Assembly: GCA_951406725.2 (NCBI GenBank)
Contig: OX597814.1
Coordinates: 28,458,001 to 28,522,000 of the forward strand
Source: Octopus vulgaris
Lineage: Eukaryota
Reading direction: 5' to 3'
Length of the DNA: 64,000 nt
The notes beneath the pieces are model-generated. The model did no database searches. It saw only the letters and a program-made list of their open reading frames with translations, and was not told where the DNA came from. A program made the translations under genes and the position numbers. Positions 1 to 13,103 of the stretch are shown piece after piece. Position 1 is the first letter of the stretch. Each line of letters opens with the position of its first letter.

Positions 1-32
1 CACCACCACCACCACCACCACCACCGCCGCCG

Positions 33-430
33 CCGTCCTCGCAACCACCTTCATCCACCCTAGCACCCACTCCGCCATCACCCCATCATCACCACCATCA
101 CCACCGTCCTCGCAACCACCTTCATCCACCCTAGCACCCACTCCGCCATCACCCCATCACCACCATCACCACCGTCCTCGCATCCACCCTAGCACCCACT
201 CCGCCATCACCCCATCACCACCATCACCACCGTCCTCGCACCTTCATCCACCCTAGCACCCACTCCGCCATCACCCCATCACCACCATCACCACCGTCCT
301 CGCAACCACCTTCATCCACCCTAGCACCCACTCCGCCATCACCCCATCACCACCATCACCACCGTCCTCGCAACCACCTTCATCCACCCTAGCACCCACT
401 CCGCCATCACCCCATCACCACCATCACCAT
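33..430. repeat. C/A-rich minisatellite, about 6 copies of a ~68 bp unit (58-71 bp variants)
   Basis: The unit caccgtcctcgcaaccaccttcatccaccctagcacccactccgccatcaccccatcaccaccatcac recurs, with GTCCTC at 35, 106, 174, 232, 296 and 364. Confidence 0.9.
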
Positions 431-917
431 CGTCACCGCAGCCGCTACTACCACCACCACCACCATCACAAACCTCGACATTCACTATTTTCCCCATCAC
501 GTCACCACCAATGACATTTACGTTAGACAAATGGAGCCAGTGAACGAGACTTCTTCATCGTTCGATTTACTAGAAATCACGCCTTACTGTCTTAGAAACA
601 AAGGATGTCACATTAGATAACATGGTCCTGGATACACTGTTCCTTTCAGGAAATTAGGTTGACGGAAATTGTATGGAAGCTCGTCGGAGGGACTGTACCT
701 GCAATTCGGAGTTCCAGTCTTGTCATATTTTGCGTCATGCTGATTCGGTTTGGGGATAGGTTTAAGAATATAATAATCGTGGAGTACTTACTAATCGTAA
801 TTAGAAGTTTATTTAACGTGTTGGACATTCAAGTTCATGGAATAATTGAAAGCTCATTGTCTCTACAAACACAGTTTCCATTATTCTTGAAAAGCAAAAA
901 AAAAAAAAAAAAAAACA

Positions 918-1088
918 GGCGCAGGAGTGGCTGTGTGGTAAGTAGCTTGCTAACCAACCACATGGTTGCGGGTTCAGTCTCACTGCGTGGCATCTTGGGC
1001 AAGTGTCTTCTGCTATAGCCCCGGGCCGACCAATGCCTTGTGAGTGGATTTGGTAGACGGAAACTGAAAGAAGCCTGTCGCATATATG

Positions 1089-1121
<33 letters not shown>

Positions 1122-1345
1122 TTGTGTGTCTGTGTTTGTCCCCCTAGCATTGCTTGACAACCGATGCTGGTGTGTCTACGTCCCCGCCACATAGCGGTTC
1201 GGCAAAAGAGACCGATAGAACAAGTACTGGGCTTACAAAGAATAAGTCCCGGGGTCGATTTGCTCGACTAAATGCGGTGCTCCAGCATGGCCGCAGTCAA
1301 ATGACTGAAACAAGTAAAAGAGTAAAAAGAGAGTAAAGAGAGAGA
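918..1345 (+). mobile_element. tRNA-derived SINE, family A (CORE-like block, internal microsatellite, GTAAAAGA tail)
   Basis: A-box-like TGGCTGTGTGG, B-box-like GGTTCAGTC, CORE-like CTTGGGCAAGTGTC, internal (TA/TG)n and a (GTAAAAGA)n tail; about 20 near-identical copies in the window. Confidence 0.9.
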
Positions 1346-1387
1346 AAGACCTATGTAGCCTGAACAAATTTGATCATAGATCGTTAA

Positions 1388-1502
1388 AATAGCACAAATG
1401 TCGTGAGCAGCTTTTGCAGCCTTAGAACCTTGATTAAAAGCAAAAAGAAGGAGTCGAAAATAGTCGTTTTTCTTAACTTGACGTTACATTTTAACGATCT
1501 AT
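1388..1502 (-). mobile_element. mariner transposase 5' fragment (same family as 2523-3086)
   Basis: Aligns by eye with 2852-2968 (agcagcttttgcagccttagaaccttgatt...tttttcttaacttgac). Confidence 0.75.
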
Positions 1503-1957
1503 GATCAATTAGAGAAATCCTCCCTTGGTCTCACATATAGTGAATAGAAGTCAATTCTATCAAAATAACAAAGTGCAGTTTGTCATATGTCAATGTGGAG
1601 CGAGGAACAAATGTCTAACATCTTATGAGCTGCGGTCTTCTTTGCCCGTTATACACATTTGAAAAAGGCAATAACGTAGATATGATAAACTTCCAAGTCA
1701 TTTCTGCTCGTCACAAAGCCTATAGATCTATTAGCATAACGTGCTTTCACAGTACAAATGTCTGTAGCCCTATGTGTCTTCAGTAGGTGGAGTTTTTGTA
1801 CGATGTTGCTTTTCGTTTTTTGTATTAAAAGTACTCTTTGTAATGTTTGCAATATCCTACTCATCTATTTTATGTACGACTTGTTTGTGATGTTTTGTTT
1901 GCATCATCATCATCATCATCATTATCATCATCATCATTATCATCATCATCATTATTA

Positions 1958-2522
1958 TTTAAGACGTCGGACAGTACCCAATATCGTGATGTTGTTGATT
2001 GAAGATATTGTGTCTCCGGAGAGTTTGTACAGTCTGTCAAGTCACAACTAGGACCTCAGACAGATCGTACATTACGCAATATGCGTGCAGTTCCAAGTAA
2101 TGCCGATTTTTGCAATACGCCGAGATTGTAGGATATTTCTAAAGTTTCCAGATGTTCCTCCTGGCTATGTGGTATTGAACCCAATGCTTCGATGTCAATA
2201 GGGACAACCTTTATGTTTGACTCTCGTAGCAACCACATCTTAGCAATCTCAATTCTCAGGTCTCCGTATTTATCAATCTTTTCTCATTCTTTCATGATAG
2301 TATGCTGATTTCCTGGCACTGCCACGTCGATTATTAGGCATTCTTGTTTGTCCCTCCTAAAGATTACTATATCCGGCCTTCGGTGTTCTAACACCTTGTC
2401 TATCTGGAAGTCCAAGTCCCAGGGGATTTTTGCCTTTCCCTTTTCGTCCATTACCTTTTTCGGTGTATGTTGGTATCAAATGACCGTTACCTCGTATCCA
2501 TACTTCCGGCATAGTAGCCAGT
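1958..2522 (-). mobile_element. 3' end of an R4/Dong-like non-LTR retrotransposon (restriction-like endonuclease domain), ending in an (AAT)/(GAT)n tract
   Basis: Minus-strand translation RRPDIVI...CLIIDVAVP...KIDKYGDLRIEIAKMW...KVVPI..ALGS...LQKSALLGTARILRNV carries the PD..D and K..KY RLE motifs; the 3' UTR runs into the microsatellite at 1902-1960. Confidence 0.8.
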
Positions 2523-3086
2523 GGTTGTTTGTGACGAGCAAGCAAACCAGCGGAGATTGTGGCTCGTTGATTTTTGTTGTCACTTAAAGCATGCGGAACC
2601 CATGCTCCATACTTCTGAGCCTTTCCCGTCGAGTGAAGATGCTTCTCTATAGCAGTGTGGGAACAATCCATTTTCTCTGCCAGTTCCCTTGTCGTTTGAC
2701 GGGAATTTTCATGCAAACGTTGGTTTAATCGCTCTTCATCGAACTCAACTGGACGGTCAGAACGAGGTGCGTCTATGAAGTTAAAATTTTCATTTTTGAA
2801 CTTGGTATACCAATCACGAACGGTTGCTTCAGCTATGGCACCCTCTCCATACATAGCACAAATGTCGTAAGCAGCTTTTGCAGCCTTAGAACCTTGATTC
2901 AAAGAAAAAAGGAGGAGGTGTCGAAAATGCTCGTTTTTCTTAACTTGACATTCCATTTTAATGATCTGAAAATAAACAAAAATTAACTCGAAAAAAAATT
3001 TCCAAAATGATTCAAAAATAGAATTCTCGAAAAAAATAGATTCCAAAATTAAAAAAAAATCGGCGGGAACTTAGTTGCCAACCGAA
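2523..3086 (-). mobile_element. mariner DNA transposon, 5' half (TIR + HTH region up to WVPHAL)
   Basis: ORF from ATG ~2956 reads MECQVKKNEHFRHLLLF...DAPRSDRP...GAWVPHAL (WVPHEL-like motif); TIR-like TTCGGTTGGCAACTAAGTT is flanked by TA at 3087-3088. Confidence 0.88.
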
Positions 3087-3615
3087 TATATACGCATGCT
3101 TACACACGCTCACATGCAAACACATACTCTCTCTCTCTCTCACACATTACACACTAACTCACACAAATACACTCATACAAACACACTTACACACATAAAC
3201 ACACATACACACATGTATGTGCGTAATTTCAACAAAAACGAGCAAAGAGAACTAAAAGACGCATATATTTGAACATAGGCAAATACAGGTATATAAAATG
3301 CCATTCAACATGAATTCTTGATTTGTTGAAATTACCTCCGCCTCCAAAGAAGTCATAATTACCAAATGACAATTAAGACTAGTTTCATATCGGCAGAGGA
3401 GATAATCTTTAAAAAAATCAAGATTATAACTTACCATTACGGAATAGGACAAGATTGTTGCTTGAAGGTAAGCGGACAGTTACAGACAGTACTGGATTAA
3501 CCATTAAGCAAAATAAGTATGTGCTTAGGGTATCAAAGAAGGTGGTGGGGTGTCTCGGAAATAATAAATGGCTTCCAGTAAAAAAGAAATCACTTTAAAC
3601 TTGCTAAAATAGAGA

Positions 3616-3993
3616 GAAGCACTCCGTCGGTTACGACGACGAGGGTTCCGGTTGATCCGAATCAACGGAACAGCCTGCTCGTGAAATTAACGTGTAAGTG
3701 GCTGAGCACTCCACAGACATGTGTACCCTTAACGTAGTTCTCGGGGATATTCAGCGTGACACAGAGAGTGACAAGGCCGGCCCCTTGAAATACAGGCACA
3801 ACAGAAGCAGGAAGTAAGAGAAAGTTGTGGTGAAAGAGTACAGCAGGGATCACCACCATCCCCTGCCGGAGCCTCGTGGAGCTTTTAGGTGTTTTCGCTC
3901 AATAAACACTCACAACGCCCGGTCTGGGAATCGAAACCGCGATCCTATGACCGCGAGTCCGCTGCCCTAACCACTGGGCCATTGCGCCTCCAC
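3616..3993 (-). mobile_element. tRNA-derived SINE, family C
   Basis: Head GGAGGCGCAATGGCCCAGTGGTTAGGGCAGCGGACTCGCGG...GGTTTCGATTCCC; TSD CTTGCTAAAATA on both sides; near-identical to 42069-42443 and 42619-43001. Confidence 0.9.
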
Positions 3994-4214
3994 TTGCTAA
4001 AATAATATTCAAAGTGGCTTATATGATCAGAAATATAATTTCAAAGTGTTCATGGTGTAATGGAGAGGATCTGATCAAAGACGTTGCAATTAAAAAAAGG
4101 ATAGGAGCAAACTTTTCAATTATAAATCAAATGAAAGTATACAAAAATAATTCTGCTTCATTTTGAAAAATAAAAATTTATTTTATGGTTAATTATTGTT
4201 TATATTTTGAATTA

Positions 4215-4737
4215 CCGTAAATCTTCGGGTATAGTTCGCCCTTGAGTATAATACGCAAGGGATTTTTAGGGGGCTGTACCTCTGAAAAACCTAAACCTTG
4301 TGTATAATACGCACTCCTTCTCTAACTTGAGTCGCGCGTAACTAAACCAGCAGCACCTAGTCGAACAAACACTTCCGCGCATGCGTAATTCAATAATGGT
4401 GATGTTCTCAACTGTTACATGGGAATGTAGATTTGTTTGCAAATTGTTTTTGTTTACATATTATTCTGTGTTCTGAATACTTTTATTTTAATAAATGTTG
4501 CTTACTGCAAGTTATGGATGATTCTCTTATGACTTCATTGCTTTCAGGCTTAGCTTAAGGTATTTTCGCGCCCGAAATCACAAAATGCGTCTGAATAAAC
4601 ATTGCCGGACAGCAAATAGAGACTCGGACATTGCTTAGAAAATATTTTTCATTTTTAACCTTGTATATAGTACGCACTAGGGATTTTGACTATTAAATTT
4701 TGAGAAAAAAATGCGGATTATACACGAGGATTTACGG
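4215..4737. mobile_element. MITE of the Tc1/mariner-pogo superfamily
   Basis: TIRs CCGTAAATCTTCGGGTATA / TATACACGAGGATTTACGG, TA on both flanks, subterminal repeats CCTTGnnTATAnTACGCA (~4241, ~4296, ~4659); no ORF. Confidence 0.85.
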
Positions 4738-5004
4738 TACATATATACGGGGGCACCGAAATATTTTAAGTGCTTAGGGCCTCTATGGGTCTTACAGAGA
4801 CCTCCAGGAATAAGATGGTTCTCAATTTTACTCTAAAAATGATGACGTTGAAGAGAATTGCAGTTTGGCAGGACTGTATATAAATTCTGCGGTCACCATC
4901 ACTTTCGATTATCCTGTATTTTACTGTAAAAATATGACCGGTATGTCTTTTCGGCTATTGCCGTCATTCCAGTGTGTATTTCTCATGCAAATTTACACTT
5001 TTTA

Positions 5005-5515
<511 letters not shown>

Positions 5516-5566
5516 TGACCATTATAATCTCTTAAGACTCATCGTTTCTATTGGCTTTAGAAAATA

Positions 5567-6203
5567 CTAGCAGTATCGTCCGGCGTTGCTCGGGTTTGTA
5601 AGGGAAATAACTATATAAGCATTTTTAGAGAGTTATAGCCAAAAAATAGCAAAAAATGCATTAAAAATGGAAAAAATATGCTGGTAAATTTTTTTAAAAA
5701 TCGTTGACTCATCGTAGACATTTTTAGAGAGTTACTTCCCTTATATAATAGCGAAAAAATGCATTAAAATGGAAAAAAAAACGATGGTAAATTTTTTTTA
5801 AATCGTAGACTCATGTAGACGCTTTCTTAGCCATTTCTGTTTTGGTGTCTTCAAGCCATGAAGTCGTTGTTCTAAAAGAACACTGGTCTCCTTGACAACG
5901 CATTACGACGTTGATTTCCTTACACTCCCTTCCCCACAGGTGCAGATGTGAGCGTGGACGCCAACTCCGCCGCCATCGACACACGAAAAATTATGCATTA
6001 AAATGGAATAAAAAATGATGTTAAATTATTTTTAAAATCGTAGACTCATCGTAGACGCGCGCTAATATTCAGACGGGCTCGATATGAATCACGACTATAA
6101 GCTACCCGAATTTGGTTAAACTGTACCGCAAAATGTGGGAGTAGTTAGGAATCTAAATCGAAGGGGACAGACACTCACACAACTACAGTTTTATATATAT
6201 AGA
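5567..6203 (-). mobile_element. non-autonomous Helitron
   Basis: On the minus strand it starts TC(TATATATATAAAA) and ends CTAG with a subterminal hairpin CCCGAGCAACGCCGG; inserted between A and T; internal tandem repeats. Confidence 0.85.
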
Positions 6204-6269
6204 TATACATAGCGCAGTAGTGGTGAGATATGACAGCAAAGAAAAGCATACATTCACTCTCTGCATGCA

Positions 6270-6590
6270 ATTAGACTCGGAAGGTTCGTGAGGAACCCAT
6301 TGACCCAATTTGCTGACTTTTCCGATAGCACACAGGTGTCAATGAATGGTTGAATGACCAAATCCAAGTTTCTCTGCTAGTTCCTCAACAGTTACGATGA
6401 TATTTTGTTCCACCAGGGTTTTCAGGATGTCCTTGTCGAGTTCTAAAGATCTTTCAGGATGAGGCTCGTCTTCTAGGCTGTAGTTTATGGCTCGGGATTT
6501 CTGGAACCACCATTGACACTGCCTTACGCTTATTGTCCAATCCCCATATACTGCATTAATATTTCTTGTACTTTGCACACATTTATATTC
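6270..6590 (-). mobile_element. mariner transposase fragment (second family)
   Basis: Translation STRNINAVYG..ISVRQCQWWFQK...SLEDEPH...TVEELAEKLG...GKVSKLGQWVPHEP. Confidence 0.82.
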
Positions 6591-7129
6591 TGTTATTGTT
6601 TTATATGTTTCAGCCTTGAGGTTGTGGCCATGCTGGATCATGTGTGTGTGTGTGTGTGTGTCTATCTGTCTGTCTGTCTGTATGTATATATGTATATGTA
6701 TGTGTGTGAACAATAATATTTTCAACAGATGTGTTGCAAATGTATCTGATTGTTCTCAAGCTTCAATACTGTGTGTGTGTGTATGTGTGTGTATGTATGT
6801 ATGTATATGTATGTATGTATGTATATGTATGTATGTGTGTGTGTATGTGTGTGTATGTATGTATGTATGTATGTATGTATGTATGTATGTATGTATGAGT
6901 GTATGTTTACTTTATTACTAATTACTCTCTTCCAAGAACATTTTCACTCACTCTTAGCTCTTAGCTTCCCATACATTTTACTCATGTATCTATCATCGTC
7001 ATAGACAGAATACTTTCACTTTAGTCTTCCTCAAATCACTCTGTCCGCTATTTACTTTCATTTTATTCGTTGCCCACTGTGTGTGTGCGTTTGCGTGTGG
7101 TGTAAACCAGACTAAGAAAAGCATTTGAC

Positions 7130-7322
7130 ACACACACCAGAATGTGAGTTTTCTGTAAATTTTGCTTAATTGGAGTTAAAATTTTAAAAACTGGACCTGG
7201 CATGACGCGATGCATTGTACTCTTAAAAATGGTAGGTAAATTGTAATTGAAGAAATCCTATATTGTAGATTTGTATAACTCCCAAAGGGAGGCAGATAAA
7301 ATCTGCCTTTTATAATAAGAGA
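7130..7322 (-). mobile_element. possible Helitron 5' end fragment
   Basis: Minus strand begins A|TCTCTTATTATAAAAGGCAGA, resembling the other Helitron 5' ends; no 3' CTAG end found. Confidence 0.35.
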
Positions 7323-7560
7323 TGACTAAACTACGCAGCAAAAGCATTTGATACTGTGAGTAGATTCAGTCTATAGATAGATGAACCTGCCCAGAGTATC
7401 GAATGCTTTTGTAAAATTAGTAAATACCACTTTCAAAGACTACTTGAATCGATGTTAGATTTATTTCTATCTTCTGGTTTTCATTTTTTAAAAAGACTTT
7501 AATGCCACTCTTGAGTTATAAACTGAAATAAACGGAAATGTTTGCAATTAGTTAACAAAA

Positions 7561-7972
7561 GGCGCAGGGGTGGCTGTGTGGTAAGTAGCTTGCTAACCAA
7601 CCACATGGTTCCGGGTTCAGTCCCACTGCGTGGCACCTTGGGCAAGTGTCTTCTACTATAGCCTCGGGCTGACCAAAGCCTTGTGAGTGGATTTGGTAGA
7701 CGGAAACTGAAAGAAGCCCGTCGTATATATGTATATATATATGTGCGTGTATGTTTGTGTGTCTGTGTTTGTCCCCCTAGCATTGCTTGACAACTGATGC
7801 TGGTGTGTTTACGTCCCCGTCACTTAGCAGTTCGGCAAAAGAGACTGATAGAATAAGTACTGGGGTTACAAAGAATAAGTCCCAGGGTCGAGTTGCTCGA
7901 CTAAAGGCGGTGCTCCAGCATGACCGCAGTCAACTGACTGACACAAGTAAAAGAGTAAAAGAGTAAAAGAGT
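7561..7972 (+). mobile_element. SINE family A
   Basis: Full-length copy with GTAAAAGA tail. Confidence 0.9.
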
Positions 7973-8399
7973 AATAGTTTCTGGCTTTTATCATCAATAA
8001 ACCGGATCCCATCAACCAGCCAATAGAAAAGCTCAAATCATGCTATGGGTAAAGGGAGAGTAAACGCATTGTAAGTTCATCAATGTATTGTATATAGACA
8101 TTTTTGGGGACCGTATTTTTTAAATCTGGGTTACTTGTTTCCTGTTACAAGTGCCATCATAGAATACATCTTCCTTCATCTTTAAGTACTTGAGTACTTA
8201 GGGATGGATAAGTAAAATCCTTCATTACAACGGAGAAATAATCAGACCGTTGATATCATAGACAAGGCTACATAGACTTGTCCGGACCTGATCAGTGGAC
8301 CGTACCTCTGCTGTTTCTCTCGCACCCACCCCACCCGTCTCCCGTTTCCCCATATCTACCACTCCTCCACCCTATCCCTCCAACGCACCATTCTCCGAG

Positions 8400-8812
8400 C
8401 CTTCCGGTGACTCTAGTCCGACCCTTCACCTCGCACATCTTCTCTAACCTACCCCTTCCCTCCTTCAAACGAACCCATAACTGGCGTGACCCCTTGGTCC
8501 ACAGTTTTTCCCCTACCCCTGCCTCCCAGCCTGGCTTCTTCCCTGCTCCCGCCCTCGTTGTCACAACTGTCCCTACTTCTCTATCATCACCATCCTCACT
8601 GGCACCATCACCGACTCCCTATCACATCACCGACTCCTTTATCTGCATCTCTAGTAATGTTATTTACTGCATCTCCTGCTCTCTCGGTCCTTCCCCGTAT
8701 ATTGGTTAAACGGGACGCTGCTTGGCTGACCGGTTCGCGGATCACCTCCGAGACATCAAATTCGGCAATGAGACCCCAGTTTCGTGTCACTTCCGCTCTA
8801 CCGGTCATTCGC
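8400..8812 (+). pseudogene. Penelope-like element GIY-YIG endonuclease fragment
   Basis: FKRTHNWRDPLVHS...FICISSNVIYCISCS...PYIG*TGRCLADRFADHLRDI...VSCHF: GIY-YIG motifs with one stop and a frameshift. Confidence 0.8.
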
Positions 8813-8848
8813 TACATTTTCATTCTCCCTCTATTTTTATCTCTTAAT

Positions 8849-8885
8849 CCTTTCTGTCGAAGAGCGTAGGCTCGAAACGTAAAAA
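8849..8885 (+). ncRNA. minimal type-I hammerhead-like motif (A6U core) in PLE terminal repeat
   Basis: ttt-CTGTCGA-A-GAGC-gtag-GCTC-GAAAC-GTA-aaa; the element runs on to (TA)n at ~8983. Confidence 0.6.
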
Positions 8886-8992
8886 AAAAAAAAACCTTTC
8901 CATTTTTCCCGAGCGTTAAACTAATACAGCTGGTTGTTGTTCCTACACCTATCTTCGTCCTTTGTTTTCTGTAAATTTGAACTATATATATA

Positions 8993-9192
8993 TGAGGGGT
9001 TGCTGAAAAGTTCCTGGCTTTAAGGGTATTGCGAAAAGGCCTGATTGGAAGCGTAACCTTCCGAGTTCTTTTTAAGGGCTTCGAAAAACTGAAGAACCGC
9101 TGCAGTAAGCGTGTGAATCTGAGAGGGGAATATATTGAATAAAATCATAATTAACTGCTCTTTACCTAAAACCATCAACTTTTCTGCACTTA
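8993..9192 (+). mobile_element. internally deleted mariner element
   Basis: TIR-like GAGGGGTTGCTGAAAAGTT / AACTTTTCTGCAC; encodes a mariner C-terminus remnant RCSKRVNLRGEYIE*. Confidence 0.65.
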
Positions 9193-10980
9193 ACATCGCT
9201 TCTAAACATCGCCTTCTTCAGGTGGTTATTCGATGCAATCTGCACTCGATATATATTGCAGGCAGGGGAGTGAACCCCTATCATCTTCTAATCGCGAGAC
9301 TGCCTGACCGTACGGTTTCGACCTTTTTGTAGTCATCCGTAGTGATGGATACTCGCCTGCTAGATAATGTTTAAGTCTATTTGTCTATATATCAATCTGT
9401 CTCGTTATCATATCTGCCTTCTATTATACACATCACTTTTTTGTTGGTGAAGAAAGTGGTTAGCTATTTATTTGTTTGTTTGCACGTGTTAAGCATTACT
9501 AGACAACCGATGATCTTCGTTTGATTAATGATCTTTGCTTTTAATTATTGACGCTTTTCATTTATTATTTTGCCTTCTAAAGTATTTCCAAGACGCTACT
9601 TTGTTGTGGCTGAGAGGATATAATAAAAAAGGTGATCATTTCTGAAAAATTAAGAAAAATGACTCTGCTTTAAATATGCAACCCTGATTTCTTTCATCTC
9701 TATCAACATCAACCAAGTGGGCATCTTATTAATACTACTCAGCTATTATCTATCATATTGTAGGAGTTCTAAAATAGAAATAACAATTATTTGAAATATT
9801 TCACTTGCAATAACATTTTTAGAATAAAAGTTTCACGCCTGTATTAGCGAATAATATTACACTCAACTCTTTCTGGAATAAACTTACAATCGTCAACTCA
9901 CTCTTTGCATTCAACAAATGTTACTTGGTTGGGTGATATTTTTATCGTGACATATTTCAACTCTAAGTGAAGTTTGTCCCTATATATTTTGACCATATAT
10001 ATATTTGAGTGTGTGTGTGTGTGAGAGAGCACATGTGTTTGAAAAGATTAATCGAAAGCGCTCACATACACCACGAAAGAAACTTCTTCCAAAAACGAAA
10101 GTGACGTTCTAATAAAAGATTTTATAACTTTTTCAAACAGTTATTTACTAAAAACATCCCCTTTATATTTCAAAACTGTATTAAGTAATTTTCAAAAACA
10201 GTTGAGCGTCCAATAACACTGTACTTATTCCACGTCTTTGCGTTGTTGTTTTTTGTTGTTTTTTTCTTGCTTGTTCATGTTTGGATTAACTATGTGTGTA
10301 TGTATGTATGTATGTATATAAAAAGCCTAACTTACTGAAACAATTTCATCTGAACTAGTCGCTGGTCGAACACCTATGACATGTACATATTGCTTATGAT
10401 TATCGTTATGACGTAAGTTAAGACCATCATGAAACAACTGTTGAGATTAGACAGTTCATAAGGTTTCCTTTATTTTATATACAGTATTTTGTGCTCCATA
10501 CAAAATGTATATCCCAAGACAGTTTATCTACGTTACTACCGCGCTCTCACATCCTCTCTCTCACTCACCCCATTCTGTGTGTGTGTGTGTGTGTATATAT
10601 TGCCGCAAAGGCATTTTTTCAAAATACGCCAGCCAAGATAAGTTAAAAATTGTCTGAAGTCGTAAGACACCCGCTGTTTTGTCCTGTTATTACTATTCTT
10701 GTTTTTTATTTCTATTTTTTGTTTCTTGTATTTATATTTTTGTGGCATTCTGTCCTTGTTTCGTATACATTCGATCCTTTTTCCAAGAAATCTAATGCTC
10801 GTAGCTTAGTTTTTCTTTGGGGCTGGCCGTATCGGAGCGATATCAGGATTAATCAGCCGAAATTGCTAAGATGATCCGGTTCCCGACTGAAGATTAGAGG
10901 CTTCGAATGACCCGTCTGTTTTTTTGTGTCGTCTCTTTGTGTGTTTTTGCGTTCTTGTTCCATTTTGTAATTTATATTTA

Positions 10981-11056
<76 letters not shown>

Positions 11057-11060
<4 letters not shown>

Positions 11061-11188
11061 CAAATTTACAGAAAAACAAAAAACAAAGACAGTTGTATGA
11101 ACAACAAGCAGGTGTATTAGTTTGACGCTCGGGAAAGTGAGAAAGTCTTATACGTTTCGAGCGTACGCTCTTCAACAGAAAGGAATAA
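11057..11188 (-). mobile_element. PLE-terminal-repeat derivative with A6U hammerhead-like motif (11145-11185)
   Basis: Reverse complement CTTT-CTGTTGA-A-GAGC-gtac-GCTC-GAAAC-GTA; tail homologous to 8885-8983 and ends at (TA)n. Confidence 0.7.
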
Positions 11189-11450
11189 GGCGGCGAGCTG
11201 GCAGAAATGTTAGCACGCCGGGCGAAATGCTTAGCGGTATTTCGTCTGCCGCTACGTTCTGATTTCAAATTCCGCCGAGGTCGACTTTGCCTTTCATCCG
11301 TTCGGGGTCGATAAAGTAAGTACCAGTTACGCACTGGGGTCGATATAATCGACTTAACCCGTTTGTCTGTCCTTGTGTGTCCTCTCTGTGTTTAGCCCCT
11401 TGTGGGTAGTAAAGAAATAGGTATTTCACCTGCCGCTACGTTCTGATTTC
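11189..11450 (+). mobile_element. tRNA-derived SINE, family B, plus the start of a second tandem unit
   Basis: Head GGCGGCGAGCTGGCAGAA...TTCAAATTCCGCC; central GCCTTTCATCC.TTCGGGGTCGATAAA.TAAGTACCAG, which resembles the Meta/MESC SINE domain from memory. Confidence 0.85.
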
Positions 11451-11452
11451 GC

Positions 11453-11776
11453 CAGTCATTTGACTGCGGCCATGCTGGAGCACCGCCTTTAGTCGAGCAA
11501 ATCGACCCCAGGACTTATTCTTTGTAAGCCCAGTACTTATTCTATCGGTCTCTTTTTTGCCGAACCGCTTAGTGACAGGGCCGTAAACACACCAGCATCG
11601 GTTGTCAAGCGATGTTGGAGGGACAAACACAGACACACGAACACATACACACACATACATATATATATATATACATATATACGACAGGCTTCCTTCAGTT
11701 TCCGTCTACCAAATCCACTCACAAGGCATTGGTCGGCTATAGCAGAAGACACTTGCCCAAGATGCCATGCAGTGGG
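11453..11776 (-). mobile_element. SINE family A, truncated
   Basis: Near-identical to 13459-13779. Confidence 0.85.
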
Positions 11777-11867
11777 TTAAAAAGTTTTTTCTTTTTATCA
11801 ACAAACGTGTCCAGTGAAATCCATAAGTACACAAAACAAGATAAAACTGGTGTGACCACGTGAGTGT

Positions 11868-11936
<69 letters not shown>

Positions 11937-12028
11937 GGTTAATCCAAACAAGAAAACAAAAAAAACAACAACGCAAAGAGGTGGAACAATTAAAATATAT
12001 ATATATATATGACCACGTGAGTGTACAA

Positions 12029-12059
<31 letters not shown>

Positions 12060-12060
12060 A

Positions 12061-12091
<31 letters not shown>

Positions 12092-12940
12092 GTATATATA
12101 TATATATACATATATATGTGTATACAAAGAGAGGGAGAGGGAGAGAGAGAGAAAGAAAGAAAGAAATAGAGATTGAAAGAGTGAGAGGATGCAGAAGAAC
12201 CTTTTTGCGCAATTTTATAGGAATTTAATGAGCCATTATTGGGTTTATAACTCTGAGAAAAATATGATTTATAGTTCCGGTTTCTTTTCTAATAAAAAAC
12301 TCTGTTTACATCTTTAGACGATGTTTCTCTTCACTCATTCGCCGGTTTCGCAGGTTGTCGTGGTTAACCACATTGTTTGTTGTAAATCTCGGTTCGGTGA
12401 ATTCAAGTTTCTGACAAACGTCACCATGATTTTGGATAAAAGAATTCTTCAATAAACGATATTCGAGGAATAAACAGTTATTTAACAACTTGTGGCGTTT
12501 GTTGGAGACAGCATTCTTTGTTGATTCAATGAATAGGGTCACAGGACAAGCATGGCTACCCAAACTGAATGATTTTATGTATGTACGTACGTATATTTGT
12601 GTGTACCTATGTATGTATGTATGTATGAATGTATGTATGTATGTATGTATGTATGTATGTATGTATGTATGTATGTATGTATGTATGTATGTATGTATGT
12701 ATGTATGTATGTATGCATGTATGTAAGTGAGTACGAATGTGTATGTGCGTAAGCATGCATGCCTATATGCTTGTGCGTCGTGTGTGCGTGTGTATCTTCC
12801 TTTTTCTCTCTCTCTCTCTCGCTCTTTGTCCTTCTGTCTGTCTCTCTGCTTCTGTTTCTCACTCTCTGTATAGTATTTATGTATATATGTATACACACAC
12901 ATATATATATTTATATATATATGTAAATATATATATAAGC

Positions 12941-12986
<46 letters not shown>

Positions 12987-13014
12987 TAAATAAATATATA
13001 CATATACATACATA

Positions 13015-13101
<87 letters not shown>

Positions 13102-13103
<2 letters not shown>

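Noticed and set aside
33-430. CRISPR-like regular repeat
   Set aside because: Units are contiguous with no unique spacers; it is a minisatellite.
813-1336. Recurring ORFs such as RQASFSFRLPNPLTRHWSARGYSRRHLPK and MRNWYLIYRPRKDERQSRPRRNLNS
   Set aside because: Antisense or alternative-frame readings of SINE families A and B.
3930-3993. tRNA genes at SINE heads
   Set aside because: The A/B boxes are fused to SINE bodies with TSDs; no standalone cloverleaf.
3487-4800. Older MITE enclosing the family C SINE and the pogo-like MITE (repeated GTGCTTAGGG motifs)
   Set aside because: Right terminus and TSD not identifiable.
12306-12570. Open minus-strand frame in unique-looking sequence
   Set aside because: No polypyrimidine acceptor and no recognisable protein similarity.
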